DNA of 64,000 nucleotides from contig WBUL01000003.1 of NCBI GenBank assembly GCA_008933735.1, forward strand, positions 235,019 to 299,018, read 5' to 3'. Position 1 is the stretch's first letter. Each line of letters opens with the position of its first letter. Below are positions 51,874 through 63,825 of this stretch, piece after piece. The DNA comes from Anaerolineae bacterium. Its GTDB lineage: Bacteria; Chloroflexota; Anaerolineae; Aggregatilineales; J027. A program made the position numbers and the translations under genes. A model generated the notes under the pieces. That model made no database searches. It was given only the letters and a program-made list of their open reading frames with translations, and was not told the origin of the DNA.

Positions 51874-52722
51874 CTACCCTGATGCCGCGCCCTGTGACCG
51901 GCCAATCCAGCGGGCCAGCCCGTCGGTGAACAGATTCAACCCGATCACTAAGCCTGCCAGCGCTCCGGCTGGCGCAAAAACCACCATCGGCACGACAAAA
52001 ATTGCGGCGCGGTTTTCGGCAATCATCAGTCCCCATTCCGGCGTGGGTGGACGCACCCCGAATCCCAGAAAACTCAACGATCCAATAAAAATGGGAGCGT
52101 AGCCCGCCCGCACACCAAATTCAACCAGCAGCGCCCCAATTGCATTCGGAGTGAGTTCGCGCCATACAATCGAAAACACCGACTCGCCCCGTGCACGGGC
52201 AACCGTGACAAAATCACGGGTGACAAGGTCAATGGCGACGGCACGGGCGATACGGGCGGTACGCGGCGCGTATACCACCGCCACTACCATGATCAACAGC
52301 CGCGTATCACCGCTTAATTCTGATCCGGCAGCCGCGATGATGAGAAGGGCCAGCACCAGAAACGGGATTCCAATCAGCGCGTCAAAGGCACGCATCAGGA
52401 GTTGGTCAAACCAGCCGCCGACCAGTCCACTCAGCAAGCCGACCAGCCCGCCAATGACGGTTGCTACCAGCGTGCTGCTGATGGCAAGAATGAGTACATC
52501 ATCCGCCCCCAGCACCACCCGACTAAAAACATCTCGTCCAAGCTGGTCGGTACCAAAATAATGATCATTGCTTGGCTTGGAAAACGGGATTCCCACCCCT
52601 ATTTTGTTGTGGGTATAAGGTGCCCAGTAACGCGCCGTGATCGCTACCGTCAGATAAAAGGCTAAAATCATCATGCCGATGATTAAGGTGGGCGGCAAAC
52701 GGCGTAACCATGATATGACCAT
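51874..52722 (-). CDS. Opp/Dpp-type ABC permease (C)
   Basis: 'FGTDQLGRDVFSR', 'LSFLGFG..PPTPEWG'. Confidence 0.92.
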   Translation of the reverse strand: MVISWLRRLPPTLIIGMMILAFYLTVAITARYWAPYTHNKIGVGIPFSKPSNDHYFGTDQLGRDVFSRVVLGADDVLILAISSTLVATVIGGLVGLLSGLVGGWFDQLLMRAFDALIGIPFLVLALLIIAAAGSELSGDTRLLIMVVAVVYAPRTARIARAVAIDLVTRDFVTVARARGESVFSIVWRELTPNAIGALLVEFGVRAGYAPIFIGSLSFLGFGVRPPTPEWGLMIAENRAAIFVVPMVVFAPAGALAGLVIGLNLFTDGLARWIGRSQGAASG

Positions 52723-53678
52723 CAGCCCGTCCTTAAGCGTGGATTCAAAACAATGGACATTACATCGGCAAACAGATTGGCCGCGATATACACCGTCGAA
52801 ACCAGCAGGGCAACGGCTTCAATGGTGGGTGCATCGCGCACAAAAACGGACTGCACCAACAGGCTGCCCAGTCCTTGAAAGGCGAACACCTGCTCCACCA
52901 CGACCACCCCACCAATTAAATAGGCCAGATTCAGCGCCATCGTGTTCAGGGCAGGGGCAGCGGCGTTTGGCAGGGCATGGAATAGGATTACCCGATAGCG
53001 TGGCAGCCCCTTTAAAATCGCCATTCGTATATATTCCGATTCCAGGACTTCTATCAGGCTGTCCCGCAGCAAACGAATAGAGTAGACTGACATGACGATG
53101 GTCAGTGTCACAGCAGGCAGCGTCGTTGAATTTAATATTTCTTTCAGGGTTTCGGCGCGTTGAATCTGTGACAGCACGGGCAAAAGAGACCATTTGACTG
53201 CAAACCCGTAGATCAGAACCGTCCCAATCACAAATTCTGGCATCGCCAGCCCAACCAGATTCACCAATGAAATCACGCCGTCGGGGAGTCGGTCACGATA
53301 CAGGGCAGATATAGATGCCAGGAAAATTGTGACCGGGACGTACAGCGCGAAAGCATATACGCCAAGGATAGCCGTATTTTTCAAACGCGGTTTGATAGAA
53401 TCCGCGACCTGGCGTTCTTGACTCTGATCCACCAGGGAGACCCCAAAGTCTCCCTGGACTGCCCCTTTGAGCCACAGCCAGTACCGCTCATGCAACGGAC
53501 GATCCAGCCTCAGACGATCACGGAATGCTTGTTTCGATTCCTCAGTGGCTTCCCTCCCCAGCACCCGGGCCGCAATGTCCCCCGGTAAAATTTCGGCTGT
53601 CCAGAAAATAAAAACGGAAACGGCCAGCAGCGTTAAAACAGCCAGCACCATCCGCGATAGGATTAAACGAATAATCAT
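52722..53678 (-). CDS. Opp/Dpp-type ABC permease (B)
   Basis: 'PGD', 'GDFGVS', 'HALPNA', 'LNPRLR'. Confidence 0.92.
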   Translation of the reverse strand: MIIRLILSRMVLAVLTLLAVSVFIFWTAEILPGDIAARVLGREATEESKQAFRDRLRLDRPLHERYWLWLKGAVQGDFGVSLVDQSQERQVADSIKPRLKNTAILGVYAFALYVPVTIFLASISALYRDRLPDGVISLVNLVGLAMPEFVIGTVLIYGFAVKWSLLPVLSQIQRAETLKEILNSTTLPAVTLTIVMSVYSIRLLRDSLIEVLESEYIRMAILKGLPRYRVILFHALPNAAAPALNTMALNLAYLIGGVVVVEQVFAFQGLGSLLVQSVFVRDAPTIEAVALLVSTVYIAANLFADVMSIVLNPRLRTG

Positions 53679-53742
53679 AAAGAGGTTTATCCTATAAATT
53701 AATCTTCACATGATCATATAATATGATTATTTAGGGCGCAAA

Positions 53743-53777
53743 TTTTCCTTGCCCCCGGTTCAGGAGGGCAAGGAAAA
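53743..53777 (-). terminator. Stem-loop/terminator after the family-5 binding-protein gene
   Basis: TTTTCCTTGCCC-N11-GGGCAAGGAAAA. Confidence 0.65.
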
Positions 53778-53787
53778 CAGGGAGAAG

Positions 53788-55338
53788 TTACCGTTCACAT
53801 GTAACTCTACGCATATCCATGCGGGAAAGCTGTACATGCGGCTGGTAGCCTTCGCAGTTTGCGCTGACCGCTGCAACAATCTGCTGGAAGGCGGGAATGA
53901 TTGCGCCACCTTCTTCAGTCAGCATCTGTGCCGCCTGGCGATAAAGGTCAGCCCGCGTTTCCGGGTCGGGTTCGGTGTTGGCAGCGTCAAGAATCTGATC
54001 GTAATCGTCGCGGTACCAGTGTGTTTCGGGATACTGGGCGTTGGAACGGTAGGCAATTGCCAGCGCTTCGCCGGGGGGACGTGCCAGCCATCCTGAACCA
54101 ACAAATGGCTGCTTGAGCCAGACGTTATCCCAGTGATCGGAAGCAGGGCCGATAATCAAATTGACCTCTACACCAATTTCCGCCATCTGCTCCTTAAAAA
54201 CCTGCCCCAACGCGGTTGCGCCCGGAATATATTCCGAGGTGTAAAAATCAATCTTGAGGGGATTATCGTCTGTGTATCCGGCTTCAGCGAGCAGGGCCTT
54301 TGCCCCGTCCACATCCTGCTGCTGTGCTTCGCTGCGCCATGCAAAAGGCGAGGTCGGCGGAATCGGGTTGTCATCGCCAATGACGCCGTAACCCAGCAGC
54401 ACGGTGTTGATAATTTCCTCACGATCCAGCCCCATTTTGATCGCGGTTCGCACACGAACATCGTCAAACGGCGGGGTATCGACCCACATCGCCAGCACCA
54501 TCGAGGTAGCCGGACCGGTCGCAATTAATTCCACATTCGGGACATTTTGCAGCGCCGGAATGATCGAAAAATCGACCTGCTGGGCAATATCAATTTCACC
54601 AGAGAGCAGGGCTGCGCTCATCGTGGCGGCTTCCTGAATCGCCACAAATTCGAAGCACTCAGACAGCGGCAGGCCTTCTTCCCAGTAGTTGGCGTTTTTC
54701 TCGAAACGATACGGTTCACTGGCCGGGTCAAAATCAACTGCCACAAATGGCCCGGTTCCGACAGGCGTCAGACGCAGCGTATCCCCTGTCGCCCCGTCAG
54801 GAACAATCCAGGTGTTTTTGGTGGTAATCAGGAGCGGCAGTTCCACCACAGGCGCGTCCAGCGAGAATTTCACCGTATGATCATCGACCGCCTCAATTCC
54901 ATCCGGATTCAGAAAGGCCAGCGTTGCGGCAGCTTCCGAACCATTGGCAGGATCAATCAGACGTTTGAAGGTGTATACCACATCATTCGCCGTGAAATCC
55001 TTGCCATCATGCCACTTCACGCCCTGGCGTAAAGTAAATGTCCATTCCGTCGCATCTTCGTTGGATGCCCAGCTCTCCGCCAATTCGGGACTCACCTGGA
55101 AATTGCTGTCCACATCCATCAGGCGATTATAGACCATGCCCACCATAATCGAATTCTGTGTATTGGGCTGGTTAATCGGGTCGAGGTTGAGCAGTTCGCC
55201 GCCTTTTTCGACACCCGCCACGCGGATGCAGTCGGCTTGATAAGCGGGTTTCGCGCTGGTTGGCATCACCGCCATCAGGAGCGCCACAATCATGGTGATC
55301 AACGTGAACAGGCGAATAACTCTAGTTGCCAGTTGCAT
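53788..55338 (-). CDS. ABC solute-binding protein family 5
   Basis: Signal peptide. 'LAESW', 'LRQGVKWHDG', 'GTGPF', 'PFDDVRVR'. Confidence 0.92.
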   Translation of the reverse strand: MQLATRVIRLFTLITMIVALLMAVMPTSAKPAYQADCIRVAGVEKGGELLNLDPINQPNTQNSIMVGMVYNRLMDVDSNFQVSPELAESWASNEDATEWTFTLRQGVKWHDGKDFTANDVVYTFKRLIDPANGSEAAATLAFLNPDGIEAVDDHTVKFSLDAPVVELPLLITTKNTWIVPDGATGDTLRLTPVGTGPFVAVDFDPASEPYRFEKNANYWEEGLPLSECFEFVAIQEAATMSAALLSGEIDIAQQVDFSIIPALQNVPNVELIATGPATSMVLAMWVDTPPFDDVRVRTAIKMGLDREEIINTVLLGYGVIGDDNPIPPTSPFAWRSEAQQQDVDGAKALLAEAGYTDDNPLKIDFYTSEYIPGATALGQVFKEQMAEIGVEVNLIIGPASDHWDNVWLKQPFVGSGWLARPPGEALAIAYRSNAQYPETHWYRDDYDQILDAANTEPDPETRADLYRQAAQMLTEEGGAIIPAFQQIVAAVSANCEGYQPHVQLSRMDMRRVTCER

Positions 55339-55428
55339 AAATCTAATTCTCCTTCACTCAACACACCTATTCAAAACAGTTATTGTCGCTAGAAACACGC
55401 CTCCCTTCCTTCAGACATATCAGACCGA

Positions 55429-55439
55429 TGGTCATACCA
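55429..55439. promoter_or_regulatory. Putative FadR-type operator upstream of the Opp/Dpp operon
   Basis: TGGT-CAT-ACCA palindrome next to an AT-rich promoter-like stretch. Confidence 0.4.
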
Positions 55440-55471
55440 GAATTATAAATTATATTTTATAAGATTTCTAA

Positions 55472-58247
<2,776 letters not shown>

Positions 58248-58619
58248 TTAGACGAGTTTGGTAAGGTCATCCGCTGCACGCTTCATATCCAGGAAAATAA
58301 GCCCCAATTTCGCGTTTTCGCGTACCAGGGTGGTCAACACAGCTTCTTCGCCAACGGACATCAGGATAACATACCCATTGTCACCGCGAATATAAACCTG
58401 GTCAAGCTGCCCACGACCGAGCTCGCTGGCAATACGTTCACCCAGGGACAGCATTGCCGCAGACATCGCCGATACTCGATCTTCTTCGATACCGGCCGGC
58501 AGCGCGGACGCCATAATCAGACCATCAATACTGACGACTGCCGACGCCTCAATATCAGGAGTGCCAGAAGCCAGGTCTCTTAGACGGTCAACCATTAATT
58601 CTGTACGTGATTTCGCCAT
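58248..58619 (-). CDS. Roadblock/LC7 (MglB-like) protein
   Basis: 'ASAVVSIDGLIMAS', 'DRVSAMSAAMLSLGERIASEL', 'KLGLIFLDMK'. Confidence 0.92.
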   Translation of the reverse strand: MAKSRTELMVDRLRDLASGTPDIEASAVVSIDGLIMASALPAGIEEDRVSAMSAAMLSLGERIASELGRGQLDQVYIRGDNGYVILMSVGEEAVLTTLVRENAKLGLIFLDMKRAADDLTKLV

Positions 58620-58780
58620 TTAAATGCGCTCCTTAATTAGCCACTCCTAGCCCCCTGCGACCAGGAATAAATTGTCCCGTGTCAAGAATACAATCAAAAA
58701 AAGTATACTGTACCCCAGGGTTGACTGCAAGCAATCATAGCGCAACCCATTTCCGATTTCCAGAAAAAATTCACATCTGC

Positions 58781-59809
58781 CTAATTTTCACGCTTGACCC
58801 AGTGCTCCCAATAGTACAAAAGTACCTCAGCCCCCGCTTCGTCCCAGGGATAAATCCCCGTTCCACTGAGTTTTTTCTTGACCTGTGGGGAGCGTTTTTC
58901 AGCTTCGTCCACCCCCTTCAGCGCAGTTGGGACATTTTCCACTGCCGGATCATGGGCGAATTCCGCCGCGTAGGTTGGCAGGGCGGCAACATATTTGATA
59001 TCAATCTGCAACTCGTTCAGCAGATCCGCATAGGTTTGGATCTGATAGCCCAGCCAGCGCTCGTAGTCGAGTTCGGTCGTTAGACCGCTGGCATGTGCCA
59101 TTAATACGACTTCATTAACATTGAGCAGCACCCTCCGCTTATATTCCTGACTCCAGGTCAGTTCATTCGCGGGGGAAATACCCATCGGCACATCCGGGTC
59201 TGCCGGAATCCGGTCAGGCGGCACCGTGATCGATAAAGGAATGCGAGGGCCAATTGCGGTTCTTAAGTCGCGTAGCAGGGCGATAAAGTCCTCACTATTA
59301 TCCGGCACTGATCGTACCTGGAGATGGATTCCATCAAATCCCAATTCAATGATGGCACGCTCCGCGAAGGCCAACACCTGCCCTGTTGCGTTCGCATCAA
59401 GAAGCTGATCGTAATCCATAATCAGCCAGACGTAAAGTTTGATCGTGCTGCTTTTGTTGCGAAAGCGCTGCAAAAAATTCTGGGTGTACGGCAGCTCAAT
59501 GTATTCTCCGGTCAGTCCGTGCCAGCGGTTGGTTTGTACATAGGCTGCTGTAACCCGGTGTCCTTCCAACAGCCGAACCAGTTCGGTGACATCTTCAATG
59601 GGGCGATCCTGCTGTGTCCAGACCGCCGTGAGCCAGGTACGGTTATCGTTGGCGGGTTCATCTTCGGTAAAAAACTCGATCACCCGCGGGGCAAGCAAAA
59701 TCACCGACGTAATAGCCGCAACCAACCCGGCCAGCCCAAAAAACCAGATAATAAAGCGAGGAATTTCACTTCCTGGTTGGGTCACATGATGTCGACGTGA
59801 CTTGCTCAA
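58781..59809 (-). CDS. Membrane-anchored GH18-like TIM-barrel protein lacking the catalytic residues
   Basis: N-terminal TM helix. 'GFDGIHLQVRSVP...FIALLRDLR', 'VVLMAH', 'ALPTY', 'GIYPW' match the GH18 scaffold. Confidence 0.6.
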   Translation of the reverse strand: MSKSRRHHVTQPGSEIPRFIIWFFGLAGLVAAITSVILLAPRVIEFFTEDEPANDNRTWLTAVWTQQDRPIEDVTELVRLLEGHRVTAAYVQTNRWHGLTGEYIELPYTQNFLQRFRNKSSTIKLYVWLIMDYDQLLDANATGQVLAFAERAIIELGFDGIHLQVRSVPDNSEDFIALLRDLRTAIGPRIPLSITVPPDRIPADPDVPMGISPANELTWSQEYKRRVLLNVNEVVLMAHASGLTTELDYERWLGYQIQTYADLLNELQIDIKYVAALPTYAAEFAHDPAVENVPTALKGVDEAEKRSPQVKKKLSGTGIYPWDEAGAEVLLYYWEHWVKREN

Positions 59810-60234
59810 AATATCTTCTCCCAGAGGGGCGGCCCCATGAACAGCAAACCGATCACTGCTGCCGTCAAGGTCATCAGCAGAACCGACCCCGCCGCCACAT
59901 CCTTCGCCACCTGCGCCATCGGATGATATTCTGAACCGATCATATTGATAGTGGCCTCAAGAGCAGCATTCACAAATTCCGCGAATCCATTCAGGGCAAT
60001 CACCAGAATGATAATTGACCATTCTACCGTGCTCAGTTCCAGCCAGTAAGCAAATCCGAATACAATCAGCGTGGCAAGCATTTGAAGGCGCACATTTTTA
60101 GCATAGCGCAGCATATGGAGAATCCCCGCCAGCGCGTAGCCGAAACTCTGGATGCGATTTGGACTTACGCGCTCACTGTAGGCTTCCGGGTCGATGTGCA
60201 AGGTCGAATAGATGTGGTCAGCGACTTTCTTCAT
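59806..60234 (-). CDS. dgkA: Diacylglycerol/undecaprenol kinase
   Basis: 'SFGYALAG', 'EFVNAALE', 'AKDVAAGSVL'. Follows ybeY. Start reassigned to about 60234. Confidence 0.88.
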   Translation of the reverse strand: MKKVADHIYSTLHIDPEAYSERVSPNRIQSFGYALAGILHMLRYAKNVRLQMLATLIVFGFAYWLELSTVEWSIIILVIALNGFAEFVNAALEATINMIGSEYHPMAQVAKDVAAGSVLLMTLTAAVIGLLFMGPPLWEKIF

Positions 60235-60724
60235 CGTCATCATGAATGTAATCGGGTACTTCCAGGTGTATTCCGAGCGATTCCAAGATCCTGCGCTGCG
60301 CCGCCCACATAGTTTTCTGGGCATCAGGCGTATGATGATCATAACCAAGCAGATGCAGGGTGCCGTGCACTACCATCAGACTCACGTCATCCTGCAAACT
60401 GCGCTGTTCCTCGGTCGCCCGCTGTGCGACATACTCAAGACTGATCACAAGATCTCCCAGATAGCCGCCGGTTTCTTCCGCCATTTCCGGCGGCATGGGC
60501 GGTGCCGGGAAAGCCAGGACATCGGTCGGCGCATTTATTCCACGATATTTAAAGTTCATCTCCCGCATATAGGTATCGGTGCACAGGACAATCGTGAGCA
60601 TCACGCCGTCGGGCGCGTTTTCGCTTTCCAGCACTTTTTTCGCCGCGTTTTCCACATGCTCATGCTGGATGCTGTTCTCCCCTACAAAATCAGCCTGAAG
60701 TTGCAGAAGCACTGTATAGCTCAT
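60218..60724 (-). CDS. ybeY: rRNA maturation endoribonuclease YbeY
   Basis: 'PTDVLAF', 'LGDLVIS', 'HGTLHLLGYDH'. Confidence 0.95.
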   Translation of the reverse strand: MSYTVLLQLQADFVGENSIQHEHVENAAKKVLESENAPDGVMLTIVLCTDTYMREMNFKYRGINAPTDVLAFPAPPMPPEMAEETGGYLGDLVISLEYVAQRATEEQRSLQDDVSLMVVHGTLHLLGYDHHTPDAQKTMWAAQRRILESLGIHLEVPDYIHDDDEESR

Positions 60725-63033
60725 TTACCACCGCCCTCGTCTTTGGAGACATTCGTATCAACCAGGTTTTCATCCACGAGGTCTTCCGGCTCATCAATTG
60801 ACATAAGCGGCTTTTTGTCCATTTGCTGCGTCACGGCACTTTTCGGTTTTCTCGCGTCGTTGCTGCCTTCCAGATGTTTGACAATACCTGAAGCCAACTG
60901 GGGGGCTTCTCCGTTGGCGGTTGTTTTGCGGATCTTATATGCAATGCGCGGGTGATACATGGCCTGAAGAGTCTGGATGAAAATATTACGGATGGTTTTT
61001 AAGTCGTTCAAAGTCAATCCGCTGTCGTCAAGCTGACCTTCGCTCAGACGCAGTTCAAAAATGTGATTCACAATGCCTTCAATTTCTGCTTTGGAAGACG
61101 GCCCGACTGAACGAGTCGCGCTTTCACACCCATCCGCCAGCATCATAATCGCCGTCTCGCGGGATCGTGGGGCGGGGCCAGGATAGGTGAATTCGTCAAT
61201 ATTAACTTGAGACTCATCCCCGACTTTTTCCACTGCCTGATTGTAAAAATGCAGCACCTGGGTTGTGCCATGATGCTCCAGAATAAAATCCCGAATGCGG
61301 CTGGGCAGTTTATGCCGCCGTGCCAGTCGGTCACCCTCTACCACATGCCCGATAATGACTTTGGCGCTCTGGTAGGGATCGTTTAAATCGTCGTGCGGGT
61401 TGATACCACCTGTCGTGTTTTCCGTGAAATAATACGGGTTGAGAATTTTGCCAATATCGTGATACATCGCAGCCACACGGGCAAGCTGAGCATTGGCACC
61501 AATCGACTCAGCCGCGATTTCCGAAAGATTCGCAACCTGCAAGCTGTGTTGATAGGTACCAGGGGCTTCGCGCAGCAGACGCCGCAAAAGAGGATGCTTG
61601 GAATCCTGTAGTTCGATCAGTTTCAGATTGGTGGTCAGATTCATGGCAGCCGTGATGAAATAAAGGGCAACCAGCGCAATCCCCGCCGCAAACAACCCGT
61701 TAGCTATCCCGACAAATCCCCGGGTCAGCAGCACAGAGGCGGCAGGGATATTTTCCTGAAGCAGCCCGAAAACCATCACAATGAAAAAATTCGCAACGCC
61801 GACCAGCACGCCTGCCGTAAAGTAGCTGTTCAGGCGTTCAACACGATGCAAACTGAGGGTCCCTGTCAGGCTGCCAATCAGAATAAGCGCCGCAAATTCA
61901 ACCGCGTGTTCTTCTGGTTCAATGCTCCCTACCAGCAGCGCCAGGATACTCACATTGATAATGGCGACTTCTGGCCCGATCAGACTGGTAAGGATCAACG
62001 CAAGCGCCGCAGCGGGATACAAATACGGCTGATTTGCCCCTTCACTGCCAAACAGATGCACACCCCAAAGGAAAGTGAGAAACAAGACCGCCATAAGCAC
62101 GAGGTTCCGTGAGTCGTGCAAGACTGCTGGCTTGAAGCGGTCAAGATAGGCGATGAACACGACTGAAGTCAGGCACATTGCCAGAAAACTCGCCAGCAGC
62201 ACCTGAACCTGCACATCTGACCTTTGCAGCAGCCCAAACTGGCGCAGCGCTTCCATGTCCAGGTCGGTGACAATGTTGCCGGCACGGACGATCAACTGCC
62301 CTTTTTCAAAGCGCCGTTCCTGAATGCTTACCCCTTCCGCTGCCTGGCGCTGACGTTCCAGGGTGGCTTCTTCGTTGTAGAATGTGTTTGGTTGAATAAG
62401 ATCTTCCGCAATAGCGATCACAAGCTGGCTTTCTTTGTCCGAAAAGCGGCTGGCAACGTTGTTTACCAGGTACCCGCGTACTGACTCGAGGTTATCAATG
62501 CGGATGTCCGTCCGCATGGTTTCTTCGACAAGAGTCACCACTTCCTGGCTGATCAGAGTCCAGCGGGTTTCGGGTAAAGCCAACACTTCGCGCCAGATCG
62601 TCTCGCTGACGGAAACATCTTCCAGATAGTTTAAATCCTGTACCTGATGATCTTCTGTAGCGTAATCGTCATGCCGGATCTCATTGATGTAATTGGTCAC
62701 CGCCGGCGCCAGACGGATCTGCCGCCGTGTAACATCCGGGTCTGGATCATAGACAGGGACAACCGCATCAATGGCGTCCTGTTTTTCCTGTTCGGTGAGG
62801 ATGTCGCTATTATAGGCGAGGCTGCGCGGTGCCAGCACATCTCGTGTCGCCACTTCGCCGACCTGGAAGTCGATCCTATCGCCGGTTGCAAACAGGGTTT
62901 CGAAGGACAGCGCCGCCGTACCCAGCAGTAGAAAGGCAGCAATTACGCTGGCAACCGTCAGGCGGCGTGCCCATACCTGAAACTGTGCCTGATGGTCAAG
63001 GGACAGCCGGCTCGTCAAAAAGGTAAACATCAC
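60721..63033 (-). CDS. 7TM-HDIG phosphohydrolase (PgpH-like cyclic-di-AMP phosphodiesterase)
   Basis: Extracellular domain and 7TM region. 'APGTYQHS', 'YHDIGK', 'HHGT', 'YPGPAP', 'LADGCE'. Confidence 0.9.
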   Translation of the reverse strand: MMFTFLTSRLSLDHQAQFQVWARRLTVASVIAAFLLLGTAALSFETLFATGDRIDFQVGEVATRDVLAPRSLAYNSDILTEQEKQDAIDAVVPVYDPDPDVTRRQIRLAPAVTNYINEIRHDDYATEDHQVQDLNYLEDVSVSETIWREVLALPETRWTLISQEVVTLVEETMRTDIRIDNLESVRGYLVNNVASRFSDKESQLVIAIAEDLIQPNTFYNEEATLERQRQAAEGVSIQERRFEKGQLIVRAGNIVTDLDMEALRQFGLLQRSDVQVQVLLASFLAMCLTSVVFIAYLDRFKPAVLHDSRNLVLMAVLFLTFLWGVHLFGSEGANQPYLYPAAALALILTSLIGPEVAIINVSILALLVGSIEPEEHAVEFAALILIGSLTGTLSLHRVERLNSYFTAGVLVGVANFFIVMVFGLLQENIPAASVLLTRGFVGIANGLFAAGIALVALYFITAAMNLTTNLKLIELQDSKHPLLRRLLREAPGTYQHSLQVANLSEIAAESIGANAQLARVAAMYHDIGKILNPYYFTENTTGGINPHDDLNDPYQSAKVIIGHVVEGDRLARRHKLPSRIRDFILEHHGTTQVLHFYNQAVEKVGDESQVNIDEFTYPGPAPRSRETAIMMLADGCESATRSVGPSSKAEIEGIVNHIFELRLSEGQLDDSGLTLNDLKTIRNIFIQTLQAMYHPRIAYKIRKTTANGEAPQLASGIVKHLEGSNDARKPKSAVTQQMDKKPLMSIDEPEDLVDENLVDTNVSKDEGGGK

Positions 63034-63467
63034 GACAGCAGTTCGCGTACCACCTGGCTGACGAGTTTGCCATCCGCCTGACCTTGCAACCGTGTCATAA
63101 GCTCTTTCATCACGCTGCCCGTATCTTTTGCGGAGGTGGCTCCTACCGTAGCAATGACTTCTTTGGCCATCACTTCAATGGCTGCCCGATCTAACTGGGC
63201 AGGCAGGTAGGACTCGATCAGGTTCAGTTCGTTTCGGGCTTCTATCGCATCCCGTCCGGCTTTTTCCATGTCCGCAATCGTTTCCAGACGGCTTTTCGCC
63301 TCCTTTTTCAGAATGCCGATCACGTCCTGTTCGGTCAGTTCTTTACGGCTGTCTACCTCCGCCTGTTTGAAAGCCGCTGTCATCAGGCGCAGCGTACTTC
63401 GTTTGAAGGCATCTCCAGATTTCATGGCCTCTGTCAAGTCCGCCATGATCTTTTCTCGAATCGTCAT
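63030..63467 (-). CDS. yqeY: GatB/YqeY domain protein
   Basis: 'AMKSGD', 'YLPAQL', 'G.VMK', 'ADGKLVS..VRELL'. Confidence 0.92.
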   Translation of the reverse strand: MTIREKIMADLTEAMKSGDAFKRSTLRLMTAAFKQAEVDSRKELTEQDVIGILKKEAKSRLETIADMEKAGRDAIEARNELNLIESYLPAQLDRAAIEVMAKEVIATVGATSAKDTGSVMKELMTRLQGQADGKLVSQVVRELLS

Positions 63468-63477
63468 GAATTATCCC

Positions 63478-63825
63478 CTACTTACAAAACATTGGGCCAA
63501 GATCATCCCCCGCCAGCAGATGAAGATGTGCGTGAAAGACCTCCTGCCGGGCATCTCTGCCGTTGTTCATAATCAGCCGAAATCCGTTTTTCAGTCCGGC
63601 TTGCTCGGCTATTTTAGCCGCCACCATCATCATATGTCCGGCGATACGGGCATTGTCTTCGTCAGAAAAATCATAAGCATTGACCAGCGGCTTACGCGGG
63701 ATAATCAACACATGAAACGGCGCGACGGGACGAATATCTCGAATCGCCACCACTATCTCGTCTTTGTATACAAATTCACCCGGCAGTTCCCCGTTGATGA
63801 TTCTGGTAAAAACGCTGTCAGACAT
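63478..63825 (-). CDS. Histidine triad (HIT) nucleotide-binding protein
   Basis: 'F..II.GE.P', 'DIRPVAPFHVLIIP', 'QEVFHAHLHLLAG'. Confidence 0.93.
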   Translation of the reverse strand: MSDSVFTRIINGELPGEFVYKDEIVVAIRDIRPVAPFHVLIIPRKPLVNAYDFSDEDNARIAGHMMMVAAKIAEQAGLKNGFRLIMNNGRDARQEVFHAHLHLLAGDDLGPMFCK

